From assembly GCA_963754925.1 (NCBI GenBank), contig CAVWHX010000005.1, positions 173,294 to 237,293 on the forward strand: a stretch of DNA of 64,000 nt, written 5' to 3'. Each line of letters begins with the position of its first letter. Position 1 is the first letter of the stretch. Position numbers and translations under genes: made by a program. Under the pieces are notes generated by a model. That model was not told the DNA's origin. It ran no database searches and was given only the letters and a program-made list of their open reading frames with translations. This document shows, piece by piece, positions 10,640 through 21,708 of this stretch. The DNA comes from an uncultured delta proteobacterium. Its GTDB lineage: Bacteria > Myxococcota > B64-G9.

Positions 10640-11513
10640 TGAAATCAATAATTATCATCCTTAGTATGATTCTTCTGTACCCAGGTACCATATTGGCAGG
10701 CGACTTTGGCATGCAGAAAGATTTTCATGCAGAAATTCTAAAAACATATGGTTTTCAGCCTCATACATTGTCTCACGAACAAATTGAAGCTAAGTCAAAG
10801 GATCTCTGATCAATTCTGGAACAAAGTCAAAGATAGAAAAGAACAATCCCTTCTGTTATTGAGAGCCGAACTCCAAGCTTCTTCAAACCCCTCATTCTTT
10901 TATTACGACGGTAGTAAACTTCTGCTATCCCTGTCGGAGAATATTGACGACCGAACAATTGTACTGAAGGCAATACCAAAAGCTGATCTTCTTGATGTCA
11001 ACCATACAGATTATTTACGCACAGTTAATATGTTGGCGACAAAGGAGCTTGATACCTGTGATGCGGCATTACGGATTTTGGATTATCCCGAATTCAAGGC
11101 GATTGTCCCTCAACATGCTCTGACGCTTGGCCAGGATTTTTCACTTATATATTTATTGATTCCAACAAAAGAAGAATATTATCTTCAAAAACTGATACAG
11201 CGCTTGGCTATAGAAAAGAATATAGTTTCTCAAAAAAGTATTCTTCAGATGCTTTGGTACACTGTTACCAAACAGGGGGATCAAGCTATTCAACAATTTT
11301 CCGAAGATAGTAGCAAGCCAAATGAATCACGAATGTGGGCTAAGGAGCTAATCAGCCGCAAATCCAAATTAGGTTTAACATCCAAAGTCGCGGAAAATTC
11401 TTATTCGATCTTTAAAGAAAAAACGGAAAGAAGTAATGAGTCGAATAAGTGATGAAGCGTTAATTGAATTTGATGAACTAACGGCAAAAATGCTTACTAA
11501 AAGAGAAGAATAA
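10640..11513 (+). CDS. Hypothetical secreted protein, frameshifts near 10805 and 11410
   Basis: RBS AGGAGG, signal peptide MKSIIIILSMILLYPGTILA, joins ORF 10748-11452, ends ...SDEALIEFDELTAKMLTKREE*. Confidence 0.55.
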
Positions 11514-11606
11514 AAGCATAACCGATCGAGGTGACGTGCCCCCCGAAAACTGGACCATTTTCAATGAGAGTTCCTTCGGCTAGAATGCCGGAAAGGAGCT
11601 TGCTCA

Positions 11607-11873
11607 ATGAAAGGGAAACGGTTTTCTGAGGATAAGATCATCGGGATATTGAAAGAAGCCGAAGCGGGGGTGAAGCTGTCTGATCTGTGTCGTACGCATG
11701 GCTTCTGCGAACAAACGTACTACCGTTGGAAATCCAAGTACGGCGGGATGGACGTCAGCGAGGCGCGGCGGCTGAAGCAGCTTGAGGAAGAAAACCGAAG
11801 GCTGAAGCGTGCCGTGGCCGATCTCACTCTCGACAACCAGATCTTGAGGGATATCAACTCAAGAAAATGGTGA
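11607..11873 (+). CDS. IS3 transposase OrfA (HTH)
   Basis: KRFSEDKII, TYYRWKSKYGGM. Confidence 0.93.
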   Translation: MKGKRFSEDKIIGILKEAEAGVKLSDLCRTHGFCEQTYYRWKSKYGGMDVSEARRLKQLEEENRRLKRAVADLTLDNQILRDINSRKW

Positions 11874-12778
11874 AGCCCGCAGCGCGAAAGCAGGCCGTTG
11901 TGCATGCCCGCGAGGAATTTGGGGTGAGCGAACGACGCGCCTGCGGGCTGATGAGGATCGGGCGATCGAGCTTTCGGTACCGTTCGGTAGGCCAACTGTA
12001 TCCGCAGTTGCGGGAGCGTCTTTTAGAGCTTGCGGCGCAGCGGGTACGCTTCGGATATCGACGGTTGCAGGTGTTATTGCGGCGGGAAGGGTATGTGGTG
12101 AATCACAAGCGGGTGTATCGGCTGTATCGGCAAGAGGGATTGAGCGTGAGGAAGAAGCAGCGCAAGAGATACCGGAGCATCGCGCGGCAGCCGCTGCGTC
12201 TTCCGGAAGGACTCAACGAGCGATGGTCGATGGATTTTCTATCTGATTGTCTCTCAGATGGGCGACGGTTGAAGGTGTTGAGCGTGCTGGATGAATTCAG
12301 TCGAGAGAGTCTTGCCTTACCCGTAGACACGTCCATTTCCGGCAGCCGGGTGGCCAGGATTTTGGACGATATTGCCGCTGAACGGGGTAGGTATCCCGAA
12401 GCGATGGTGACGGATAACGGTCCGGAGTTCACGAGTCGTGCGCTGGACCTCTGGGCGTACCGGCATGGGGTGCAGTTGCATTTTATCGAGCCAGGCAAGC
12501 CGGTGCAGAATGCCCTGATCGAAAGCTTCAACGGCAAATTTCGAGATGAATGTCTCAATCAACATTGGTTTATAAATCTACAAGATGCTCGTAATAAAAT
12601 CGAATCATGGCGGATGGATTACAATCATGTGCGGCCACACAGCTCGCTCGGACAGGAGACACCGGCGGAGTTCGCGCGACAGTTTTCAGAGCTTCGGTCG
12701 CCTCCGGCTCCCTTCGCTCTGAAAACTGTTGTTGCTATGGATAAAGGAACGATGGTTAACCATGAACAACTCTCATAG
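11867..12778 (+). CDS. IS3 transposase OrfB (DDE/rve)
   Basis: WSMDF, TDNGPEF, IESFNGKFRDECLN, YNHVRPHSSLG. Confidence 0.93.
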   Translation: MVKPAARKQAVVHAREEFGVSERRACGLMRIGRSSFRYRSVGQLYPQLRERLLELAAQRVRFGYRRLQVLLRREGYVVNHKRVYRLYRQEGLSVRKKQRKRYRSIARQPLRLPEGLNERWSMDFLSDCLSDGRRLKVLSVLDEFSRESLALPVDTSISGSRVARILDDIAAERGRYPEAMVTDNGPEFTSRALDLWAYRHGVQLHFIEPGKPVQNALIESFNGKFRDECLNQHWFINLQDARNKIESWRMDYNHVRPHSSLGQETPAEFARQFSELRSPPAPFALKTVVAMDKGTMVNHEQLS

Positions 12779-13072
12779 AGAGTGGTCCTATGAACGGGGG
12801 CACGTCAGAGGTGCAGACCGATCAGCAACCAATTGTAAAAAGACAATTTTCTAAAAGGGCGGCTCCTGTTTAGCCTCGTTCCCAAAACCGCGACTTAGTC
12901 GCCCATTAAATTTGAGCCGGCCGGCAGGGTCAATGATGTTTGTAAGGGAATCTTAGCACTCGAAAATACTGAGTCAAACAAATAGAAGGAAAACAAAGGA
13001 TTAAATTTCGTATTCGTTATGTCACGAATTGCTGCTAGGTGTCTGACGGCCGTAGTCGCAAACCTGCTAGCC

Positions 13073-14344
13073 TTAGAACAAATTCTTATGCACGTAAGTA
13101 GTAAGGTCGCCCAACCTGTTGGCGTAGCTCCCATACTCGTTATCGTACCAGCCGAAGATCTTGGCATGGACCACGGGCACCTGTATCGTCCGCGCCGGCA
13201 GCACCTGTCCTACCTGAGGTGGCAAATTGGGGATCTGGGACAGGTCCACCGTCATAAAGGCGGTGCGGGTGTGGCTGAACTGGCCTTCGATAATGACCGC
13301 GGCATTGGTCCCGATAAGATCGCTGGACACGTTCTGCTCGGTTGAAAAGAGAACCAGGCGCTCGGGACTGCTCTCGCTGATCTTCTTATAGATATCGTTG
13401 ATCACTTTGGCATTGAGCGCGGCGCCGTTCTTGTTCGCGGGAGCCTGGAAGGTGGCGTTGAGGATGATGAGCGACAGCGTGTTGGTGGGTATGCGGATCG
13501 AGTCGGCCATGAACCCGATGTTCTTCACCTCGGGGATCACCTGGCTCAACGCCTCGGCGGCGTTGGTTGAGGTAAGAATGATGTTGTTGAGGATGCTTCG
13601 GTTTTTGCGCAGATCCCGTTCGCCGGCTTTCGGGACGCTGTCGAGAACGCTCTGGGTGTTCGTCGTCGCATGGACCGTGGACATGGAGGCGGTCAGAATG
13701 GTGTTGGTGAGCTCGTTATCGAGAAGCGGTCTGATCATGTGCGCAAGCCCGGTGGTGGTGCACGAGGCGGCGGATATGATTTGGTGTTTCTTGTGATCAA
13801 AAGCCGTGTGGTTGATGCCGTAGATCAGCGTTACCGCTTCGTCCGGCATGGAGAGGGCTTTGTTTTTTATCTTGAAGGCGGAGGAATTGATCACCACCTT
13901 CGCGCCCTTGGCGAAGTGACCGCGGATGGAGCCTTTGGAATCATCGACGGCTAGCGTGGGATCGGTGAATTTGCCCGTGCATTCGACGACGAGATCGACG
14001 CCGTAGTCTTGCCACGGTATATCGAGGGGATTTCTCGCCTCGCGCAGCACCGTGACCGGTATGCCGTCGATGAGGAGTTTCCCCTTTTTCTCGTCGGTTA
14101 TTTTGATAAGACGCTGAGCGTTTATCCCGTACAGAAACCGGTGCAGCGGACCATAGGTGGCGTCCTTTTCAATCAGTTGGGCGACGGCGGCAAGCCCGGT
14201 TCCCACTTCCCGCCCCAGATTGACGACAATTTCTTTGAAATACTTTCTGCCGATGTGATGCCACAAGGTGAGCTTGCCGATTCTGCCAAGACTGTTGATG
14301 CCAAGTACCGGCGGTTTGTTTTCAAAAACGTGCATAGTGCCCAT
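13073..14344 (-). CDS. Divergent long GAPDH-family dehydrogenase
   Basis: GINSLGRIG, VECTGKF, ASCTTTGL with catalytic Cys, TVHATT with His, WYDNEYGSY; RBS GAGGAGG. Confidence 0.85.
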   Translation of the reverse strand: MGTMHVFENKPPVLGINSLGRIGKLTLWHHIGRKYFKEIVVNLGREVGTGLAAVAQLIEKDATYGPLHRFLYGINAQRLIKITDEKKGKLLIDGIPVTVLREARNPLDIPWQDYGVDLVVECTGKFTDPTLAVDDSKGSIRGHFAKGAKVVINSSAFKIKNKALSMPDEAVTLIYGINHTAFDHKKHQIISAASCTTTGLAHMIRPLLDNELTNTILTASMSTVHATTNTQSVLDSVPKAGERDLRKNRSILNNIILTSTNAAEALSQVIPEVKNIGFMADSIRIPTNTLSLIILNATFQAPANKNGAALNAKVINDIYKKISESSPERLVLFSTEQNVSSDLIGTNAAVIIEGQFSHTRTAFMTVDLSQIPNLPPQVGQVLPARTIQVPVVHAKIFGWYDNEYGSYANRLGDLTTYVHKNLF

Positions 14345-14746
14345 CGGTTGGAACCTCCTCAATCCAAACAATCAAGAGAAGTTGAGAAACCATCGCTGGA
14401 GGCGAATTGAGTGGCGAATTGTCATAACCGTGAATGTCGTATTCGGGCGATTCAACGGGCGAATTCATATGGATTCCACTAACGATGTGCATGCCAGTCT
14501 CTTTTGAACGCCATGTAATGTATGTCAAAATTGGAGTGCAATGTCAATAAGGAGCGCCGACGGGTAGGGGGTCAAGACGTTAACAATCGTTGACCGCCGT
14601 ACAAATTCAGTTTAGGTGTAAGACCAGAACATCGCAGGTTGAATGAGGATTGCATGAGCTTGGTAGGAGCTCAGCGCAGTTTCTCGAGTCCTCGTAAGGA
14701 GGACGTTACCACATTCTCTATTCCTTTATATCATGGAGGTGTGAAC

Positions 14747-16480
14747 ATGTGTCGATCCGTATTTTTTCGATTCGTTGTTCCGGCTTCGGCGATCCTGGTG
14801 ATTGGGCTCGGCGCCATTCCGGGGTGCACGAACCTCGGCAGCCTGGTTACCAACGCGGGTCCCTGGGGCGCCGTTGAGGCGGGGGACACCACGGAAAGCG
14901 ATCTCGTCGTCACCCTGGCCGACGGCAAGGTTCAAGGCGAGCTGGTCGACGGCGTGCGGCGTTTTCTGAGGATTCCCTACGCCAGGCCGCCGATCGGCAG
15001 CTTGCGTTGGCGCGCCCCGGTCAAAAACGATCCGTGGACCGGCGTGCGCTACGAGACGGTGTTTGCCGATCAGTGTCCTCAAGTTGCGAGCATTCAAAAC
15101 TCGGGGAGCGCGAACGAGGATTGCCTGTATGTGAATGTGTGGGCCCCCGAGCCGACGCCTACCGGCGCGCCGGTGATGGTTTGGGTCCACGGCGGCGGCA
15201 ATTTCGCCGGCTCCGCCAGCGATAAGCTGCCGGTGGTGGGACTGACCACCGGGCAGCAGCCGCTGTGGTACAACGGTCAGTTCTTCGCGGGCAAGCACGG
15301 GATCGTGGTGGTCACCATCAATTACCGACTCGGACCCATGGGGTTTTTCGCCCACCCGGGCCTCGCCGCCGAGGGCTCGCCGCTGGGCAATCAGGGTCTG
15401 CTCGACCAGCGCATGGCGCTGCAGTGGGTGCACGACAACATCGCCAGCTTCGGAGGCGACCCCGGCAACGTGACCCTTTTCGGAGAATCCTCGGGCGCCG
15501 CCGACGTGGGATACCAGGTTGCGTCCGCCGGCAGCCGCGGCCTCTTCCAACGCGCCATCAGCGAAAGCGGCGGCTGCACCGTGCCGTTCACGGCCAAGAC
15601 GGATCATACCCCGGCCGAAGTCGCGGCCGCGATCACTTCCTTCGGCGAGAGCGTCGGATGTTCGGGCGGGCCGACCCAACTCAACTGTCTGCGGCATATG
15701 AGCGTCGCGGACATACTGAGCAAGTCGAATCAGCCTCAACCGATTGAGGGCACCGGCTTCGGCAATTATCTCTTCGTGCCGGTCATCGACGGTCCGGGCG
15801 GCTTTCTCGTGGATCAACTAAAGAATCTCTACGATCAAGGCACTATCGCCAAGGTCCCGTATCTGCTCGGCGCCAACGCCGACGAGGGCACACTCTTCAT
15901 ACTGTCCGGGCCCTATCCGCTCAGTGAGAAGGAGTATGAAACCGAGCTCACCAACCGCTACGGCGCCCAATATTTACAGACGCTTTTGCAGCTCTATCCC
16001 GCATTCAATTTCGGCTACAACTATCACGCCGCCCTGGCGCGGGCGGTAAGCGACCAAACCAACATCTGCGGCACCCACGATACGGCCCGACGCGCGGCCA
16101 AAGCCGGCTTGAGCGTCTATATGTACAATTTCAATGTTCCCTGGAACATCGTGTCGAGCGCCTATGGCGCGTTTGTCGGCGAAGTGGCGCAATCCCTCGT
16201 GGGCGTGGCGCACTCGTCCGAAATCGCGTTCGTGTTCGATAGTCCTTACAACCCCAGCGCCTCCGACATCGTCGTAGCCGACACCATGAACACGTTCTGG
16301 GCGACCTTCGCGAAGACGGGCAACCCGAACTATTCCGGCGCGCCGGCGACCTGGCCCGCGTTCGTACCGGACGCGAACGACAACGACAAACGCTTGCAGC
16401 TCGATCAGAACTGGGATGTTCTGATCAACTTCCGCAAGGAAGAATGCGCCTTCTGGCGGACGTACTACGCAGCTCCATGA
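14747..16480 (+). CDS. Type-B carboxylesterase, probable lipoprotein
   Basis: EDCLYVNVW, HGGG oxyanion hole, GESSG nucleophile, DEG, HSSEI; lipobox-like IPGC. Confidence 0.9.
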   Translation: MCRSVFFRFVVPASAILVIGLGAIPGCTNLGSLVTNAGPWGAVEAGDTTESDLVVTLADGKVQGELVDGVRRFLRIPYARPPIGSLRWRAPVKNDPWTGVRYETVFADQCPQVASIQNSGSANEDCLYVNVWAPEPTPTGAPVMVWVHGGGNFAGSASDKLPVVGLTTGQQPLWYNGQFFAGKHGIVVVTINYRLGPMGFFAHPGLAAEGSPLGNQGLLDQRMALQWVHDNIASFGGDPGNVTLFGESSGAADVGYQVASAGSRGLFQRAISESGGCTVPFTAKTDHTPAEVAAAITSFGESVGCSGGPTQLNCLRHMSVADILSKSNQPQPIEGTGFGNYLFVPVIDGPGGFLVDQLKNLYDQGTIAKVPYLLGANADEGTLFILSGPYPLSEKEYETELTNRYGAQYLQTLLQLYPAFNFGYNYHAALARAVSDQTNICGTHDTARRAAKAGLSVYMYNFNVPWNIVSSAYGAFVGEVAQSLVGVAHSSEIAFVFDSPYNPSASDIVVADTMNTFWATFAKTGNPNYSGAPATWPAFVPDANDNDKRLQLDQNWDVLINFRKEECAFWRTYYAAP

Positions 16481-16521
16481 CGGTTCGTCGGCGCCGGTGG
16501 GATGTCATATCGACCGAAGGG

Positions 16522-16561
16522 GAGATATCTAAATACGATCTCATCGTTATTTAGATTTCTC
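16522..16561. terminator. Imperfect hairpin between convergent genes (terminator or REP)
   Basis: gagatatctaaatacgat / atcgttatttagatttctc inverted repeat. Confidence 0.5.
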
Positions 16562-16608
16562 GCTGCCCCTAGAGGGATAAGAGTCCGTAAACCGGCCCTG
16601 CCTGTCCC

Positions 16609-17590
16609 CTAGCGAGTCGCCTTCTTCGACCTGCGCCTAAGTCTCGATGGTTTTCTTCCCGGCGTCGGCGCCTGGGGATTGATCAGATCGAGCATAGACG
16701 GCAAATCCAGCTTGCTGCCGATGCCCTCGCGAAAAAGCGGGCGATAAAGCGCGCCGATTTTTTCCGGCTCACGCAGGTGGCCCTCGCGGTCAAGCACTCG
16801 GAGGCGCTTGCGAACATCGCGGGCGATGAGCAGGGTCCGCTGGCCCGCGGGATCGGCGTGGAGGACCATGGATTGAGCGCCGTGTTTCAGCAGATTGCGG
16901 ATCCTATCCAGCGCGAGCGACTTTACTTCCTTAACCTCTTCCGCGGTAAGTATGAAGCGGGTGCGCTGGGTGTGGATAGCGACCGCACGCTGCCAGCGCA
17001 AGATGTTACCCGCCAGCACCAGTCCGCGGAAGATGCGCTGGTTGACTCGAAAGGGCAGCAGGGAGCCTCTGAGAATGCTTTCCAAATGGCTGTCGTGGCG
17101 GCGGTACCGCCGCGCGGAGAAGCTTCTCATGGTCGGCCAAACGGCAGACGGCACCAGCATGTTCGAGCCGCATTTCCCAGTAGACATGGGGAGCGTAACG
17201 CATACGAAAGTACTCGATGTTTTTATACGGAATAAAGTAGTTATGGGCCACCGTGTCCGCGGCCAAGTGGCTCAGATACCCCCAGGCGAAGGCGCGGGTT
17301 TCGTCCTGCTGGGCTCGATCGAGAACCTGGAACCCCACCTGCCAATTGTGGCAGTGGCGATAGTAGGGCACGCGGTTTTTAGCGATGGTGATGTCGGCGG
17401 CAATAGTCCCATAGAGGAAGTCGCTCGAAAAACGCCGCAACAAAAGCGCCAGCGCCGGCGCCAACCAGGATAGGTCGTGCACGATGTTCAAACCGAGCTC
17501 GAGATGGGCGGCGGGGCCAAAGGCAAAGGCCGCTTGTGGGATAAGCAGTAGAAAGAACACGATGCCGAGCACTCTCATGTCACCCTTCAC
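16609..17590 (-). CDS. Zinc-dependent phospholipase C family protein, frameshifted near 17100-17150
   Basis: Signal peptide then FGPAAH, FLYGTIAAD, HCHNW, GYLSHLAADTVAHN; C-terminal half lies in ORF 16609-17187. Confidence 0.75.
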
Positions 17591-17616
17591 ACAAATATGC
17601 GCGCTGGGTCCTCGTA

Positions 17617-17752
17617 CCCTCTCCCGTTCGGGAGAGGGTGGCGCCTGGCGCCGGGTGAGGGAATAAACTATCTTCCACCCTCATCCAAGAGATTCTAAGC
17701 CTCGCTCTGCGAGGCAAGAATCTCTTGCCTTCTCCCGCTTGCGGGAGAAGGG
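17617..17752. repeat. REP-like palindrome pair
   Basis: CCCTCTCCC-GTTC-GGGAGAGGG...GGGTGAGGG and an opposed CCCTCATCC...CCTTCTCCCGCTTGCGGGAGAAGG unit containing an internal hairpin. Confidence 0.65.
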
Positions 17753-17850
17753 ATTCAAAGATTCCACTCTCATACGCATGAAGCTTGTTCCTATACCACG
17801 AAAATGGTATACCTTTACCTCCTCATTGGTCAAACGCGCAAGGAATGAGT

Positions 17851-18759
17851 ATGGCAAACGAACCTCGCGGAGAGCTTAAGCAGATAATCACGGATCTCGA
17901 ACATACCGTACGGGTGTTGCGATCCTTTGGGGTGAGCGTGGTCAGGCCGCGGCGGACGCATGATGCTAACGGAACGTCGTCGAGCGCAGGAACGTCCGCC
18001 ACGCAGGGTTCCGGCTCGTCGCCGGAACGCGATCGGGGAATGCGCCATGAAAAGCCGGCGAGTGATATCGGTCGGCAGACGGTTGCCGCGGTGCAAGGGT
18101 CGCTTTTTGGATCTCCCTTTGAGGAGCCAAAATCCATCACCGTGCCGGTAAGCCGTCATCGCTGGGTAAAAAACCCCTTGTCGCCCGCTGAGGCCGAGCG
18201 GCAGCTCGTCGCCGTACGACAAATAATCGGCGACTGCACGCGCTGCAAGCTCTCCGCGGGACGCACCACGATAGTTTTCGGCGAAGGCGATCCGGTGGCG
18301 CCGTTGATGTTTGTGGGTGAAGGCCCGGGGCAGGAAGAGGATCGCACCGGACGCCCCTTCGTGGGGCGGGCCGGCCGCCTTCTCGATAAAATCATCGAAG
18401 CCATGGGCCTGCGGCGCGAGCAGGTGTATATTGGCAACGTCGTCAAGTGCCGTCCGCCCAATAACCGAACGCCGGAAAGCGACGAGATGCGCACCTGCGG
18501 GCAATTTTTGGCCAGGCAGATTGAGATTATCCGCCCCCGGCACATCGTGTGCCTGGGCGCTGTGGCTGCTTCGTACCTGCTCAATACCAATGCGGCCATG
18601 AACAAAATCCGCGGTCGCTTTTTCGATGATTCGTCGGGCGCCCGCATACTGCCGACGTTCCATCCCGCCTATCTGCTGCGTAACCCTAACGCCAAGAAAT
18701 CGGTGTGGGAGGATATGCAGAAGGTCATGCTAGAGATGCGCGAGTTCGTGGAGGCCTAA
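17851..18759 (+). CDS. Uracil-DNA glycosylase family 4 with N-terminal extension
   Basis: CTRCKL, GEGPG, FVGRAG, KCRPPNNRTP, FHPAYLLR. Confidence 0.92.
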   Translation: MANEPRGELKQIITDLEHTVRVLRSFGVSVVRPRRTHDANGTSSSAGTSATQGSGSSPERDRGMRHEKPASDIGRQTVAAVQGSLFGSPFEEPKSITVPVSRHRWVKNPLSPAEAERQLVAVRQIIGDCTRCKLSAGRTTIVFGEGDPVAPLMFVGEGPGQEEDRTGRPFVGRAGRLLDKIIEAMGLRREQVYIGNVVKCRPPNNRTPESDEMRTCGQFLARQIEIIRPRHIVCLGAVAASYLLNTNAAMNKIRGRFFDDSSGARILPTFHPAYLLRNPNAKKSVWEDMQKVMLEMREFVEA

Positions 18760-18762
18760 CCT

Positions 18763-20158
18763 ATGCAATCGGTGCGGAAAAGAAAACTTACTCGGGCGCG
18801 GGTCTTGGTGCTGGCGGCCGCCGTCATGACGGCAACGGTGTTCGGTTCATGGGTCGCGGCCCAGGAATCCGCGCCGTTTGTAGCGGTGATCAATCTAACC
18901 GCAATGATCAACACCGGAACCGCCGAATACCTGATCAATGCAATTCAAAAGGCCGAGGACCAGAAAGCCGCCTGTTTGGTGATCGAGCTCGACACCCCCG
19001 GCGGAGGGTTGGAAGTAACCACCGATATCGTCAAGCGCATGCTTTCGGCCAAGGTGCCGATCATCGTGTATGTGTCTCCCAAGGGCGCCCGGGCCGGCTC
19101 GGCCGGGGTGTTTATTACCTTGGCGGCGCACGTGGCGGCCATGGCGCCCGGAACGCGCATCGGCGCGGCGCATCCGGTGTTCATGTCGATGATGCCCTTC
19201 GGCGGCGACGATTCAAAGGATAAGGACAGCAAGGCCAAGCAGCGCGACTACATGATGGAGAAAGTTGAAAACGACACGGTGGCCTTCGCGAGGAGCATCG
19301 CCAAGGAGCGCGGCCGCAACGTGGCCTGGTCTGAAAAGGCGGTGCGCGAATCGGTCTCGGTGACCGAGGACGTGGCGGTGGCGCAGAAGATAGTGGACCT
19401 GGAAGCCGACAATCTCGAGCAGCTTCTGGATACCGTGCAGGGCCGAACCGTGCGGCTCGATGCACAAACCACGGTGGTTCTCAATACGCATGCGGTCGCG
19501 ATTCATCGTTGGCAGATGACGTTAAAACAACGCTTGCTCAACTTCTTGTCCGACCCCAATATCCTGATGATTTTATTCACCCTCGGGGGGCTCGGCCTGT
19601 TGATTGAGTTTTATCATCCGGGTACGATTTTCCCGGCCGCGGCCGGGATCATCTGCCTGGTCTTGGCTATCACCTCCATGAATATCCTGCCGATAAACTT
19701 CGGCGGATTGCTGTTGGTGGTAATGGGCATTGCCTTGTTCATTGCGGAGGTCTACGTGACAAGTTATGGCTTGCTGGGGGTGGCCGGCGCCGTGCTGTTC
19801 GTCATCGGCGGCATCTTCCTGGTGGATCCGGCCTCGGAATCGTCTCCCTATTACATTGATACCAGTTTTTCGGTGAGCCTTTCGGTGATAATCCCTCTGG
19901 CGCTCACGCTCGGGCTCGTGTTTTTCTATTTGGGCTACTACGTCATCCGCGCCCAGCGGGGAAAGGTCGAGACCGGCGTGGAGGGTATGATCGGTCAAAG
20001 AGGCGAGGCCCGCAGCGAAGTCAATGCCGAGGGAGGCAAGGTGTTTGTGCGCGGTGAGCTCTGGAATGCGGTTGCCGCCGAGCCCATCCCTGAACGCTCG
20101 AAAATTACGGTCCTTAAAGGTCGAAGGATTGATAGTGCATGTCAAGAAGGTTGACTAA
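18763..20158 (+). CDS. nfeD: NfeD family membrane serine protease, frameshift near the 3' end
   Basis: [25 protein letters not shown] block, OB domain VRGELWNA. Confidence 0.9.
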
Positions 20159-20217
20159 CGCATGAGTACAGAGTCATTGGCCAAGAAATTTGCGTTTGGC
20201 TCAATGGCAAGGAGGGT

Positions 20218-20976
20218 GTGATGCCTACATTTTGGATAGCTGTGCCGATTGGAATAGTGGTGGTGCTGCTGTTCATGGCGGCCCGGACCATGTACGAGTA
20301 CGAGCGCGGGGTGGTGTTTCGGCTTGGGAAATACGTTGGCATGAAAGGACCGGGCTTGGTCTTCATTGTTCCATTTATCGATCAGCTGGTCAAGGTGGAC
20401 ATGCGCACCATGGCGCGCGACGTTCCGCCGCAGGACATCATCACCCGCGACAATGTCACGGTCAAAGTCAACGCAGTGGTGTTTATGAGGGTCATGAACC
20501 CGGACAAGGCCATTCTCGAGGTGGATAACTACCTCTACAACACCTCCCAGCTTTCCCAGACCACCCTACGTTCGGTGCTGGGCCAAGTCGATATGGACGA
20601 GCTCTTGACCAAACGCGACGATCTCAATAATCGGCTTCAAGGTATTCTCGACGATGAGACGAGCCCCTGGGGCGTCAAGGTCACCAAGGTGGAGATCAAG
20701 CATGTCGATCTGCCGCAGGAGATGCAACGCGCCATGGCCAAGCAAGCCGAGGCCGAGCGCGAACGCCGCGCCAAGGTGATCCACGCAGACGGCGAGTTCC
20801 AGGCGTCGCAAAAATTGGCCGAGGCCGCCCAGGTGCTGCAGAAGGAGCCGACCGCGATCCAACTGCGCTACCTGCAGACCTTGGCCGAGATCTCCACCGA
20901 AAACAGCTCGACCATCGTCTTTCCGGTGCCGGTGGATTTCCTGAGCAAGTTCATCAGCACGAAGAAGGAAAGCTGA
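20218..20976 (+). CDS. SPFH/stomatin (slipin) protein
   Basis: [37 protein letters not shown]; downstream of nfeD. Confidence 0.93.
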   Translation: MMPTFWIAVPIGIVVVLLFMAARTMYEYERGVVFRLGKYVGMKGPGLVFIVPFIDQLVKVDMRTMARDVPPQDIITRDNVTVKVNAVVFMRVMNPDKAILEVDNYLYNTSQLSQTTLRSVLGQVDMDELLTKRDDLNNRLQGILDDETSPWGVKVTKVEIKHVDLPQEMQRAMAKQAEAERERRAKVIHADGEFQASQKLAEAAQVLQKEPTAIQLRYLQTLAEISTENSSTIVFPVPVDFLSKFISTKKES

Positions 20977-21052
20977 TACGGGCAAGAGTTGTCAGGGGCT
21001 CCCTCGTGGACCTGAATTGTCGTTGCAATAGTTCAAGCATCGAATTTTAGCC

Positions 21053-21080
21053 TTGACAATCGTAAACAATTTGTTTACGA
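21053..21080 (+). promoter_or_regulatory. Promoter -35 and operator palindrome of higA
   Basis: TTGACA followed by the perfect inverted repeat TCGTAAACAA-T-TTGTTTACGA (21060-21080). Confidence 0.7.
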
Positions 21081-21081
21081 A

Positions 21082-21426
21082 ATGTTAATGAATCCGAATA
21101 AAGCCCTGCATACGATTCATCCAGGGAAATTTCTCCAAGAGATTCTGGAAGAGCTCGGTATTTCACAGGCTGCGTTTGCCCGCGACATCGGGCTTTCGCC
21201 TATGCGGATTTCGCATGTCATAAAAGGCGACCGTCCGGTGACAGCGGAAATGGCCCTCCTTTTCGGGAAGGCCTTCGGCCAGAGTCCTCGTTATTGGCTA
21301 AATCTTCAGGCTGACTACGACCTTAAGATCGCCGAACGGAAAGTTGTCGTAAGGCTTAGCCATATGCACCGCAAGGCAGCGGTAGAGGTAGGAAAACGAG
21401 CTGTGGGCATCTCAACAAAAAGATAA
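21082..21426 (+). CDS. higA: HigA-family antitoxin (Xre HTH), no cognate higB upstream
   Basis: HPGKFL, ISQAAFA, VTAEMALL, WLNLQADYDL. Confidence 0.88.
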   Translation: MLMNPNKALHTIHPGKFLQEILEELGISQAAFARDIGLSPMRISHVIKGDRPVTAEMALLFGKAFGQSPRYWLNLQADYDLKIAERKVVVRLSHMHRKAAVEVGKRAVGISTKR

Positions 21427-21498
21427 GCGGGGTTTTCCCTCCCAGCCAGCCTTCCGGAGAATGAGGACATCCCATCATGAGTTTGTAAGGAGGTTGTT

Positions 21499-21708
21499 AT
21501 GCCTCATGTTACATTAGATGAAAGTAAACTTAAGGTTGCTTTAAAGGAGGCTTTGGTTGAGGTCCTGCAAGAGCGCAGCGACCTGATGCGCGATATATTT
21601 GAAGAGGCGATCGAGGATATTTCGCTCATTCAAGCGATCAAGGCTGGTGAGAAAAGCAAAAAAGTAAGTCGGGGTCAGGTCTTTCAGGCTCTGAGGGCCG
21701 GTCATTGA
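21499..21708 (+). CDS. Putative antitoxin
   Basis: 69 aa, RBS AGGAGG, overlaps the start of a RelE-like fragment. Confidence 0.6.
   Translation: MPHVTLDESKLKVALKEALVEVLQERSDLMRDIFEEAIEDISLIQAIKAGEKSKKVSRGQVFQALRAGH

Larger units (their letters stand above)
11532..12807 (+). mobile_element. IS3-family insertion sequence, copy 1 (1276 bp, IS407-like)
   Basis: Terminal IRs TGACGTGCCCCC...GGGGGCACGTCA, 4-bp TSD GAGG, orfA and orfB. Confidence 0.95.

Noticed and set aside
14726..15817. 363-aa antisense ORF and similar shadow ORFs throughout the window
   Set aside because: Antisense to GC-rich genuine genes, with no recognisable motifs
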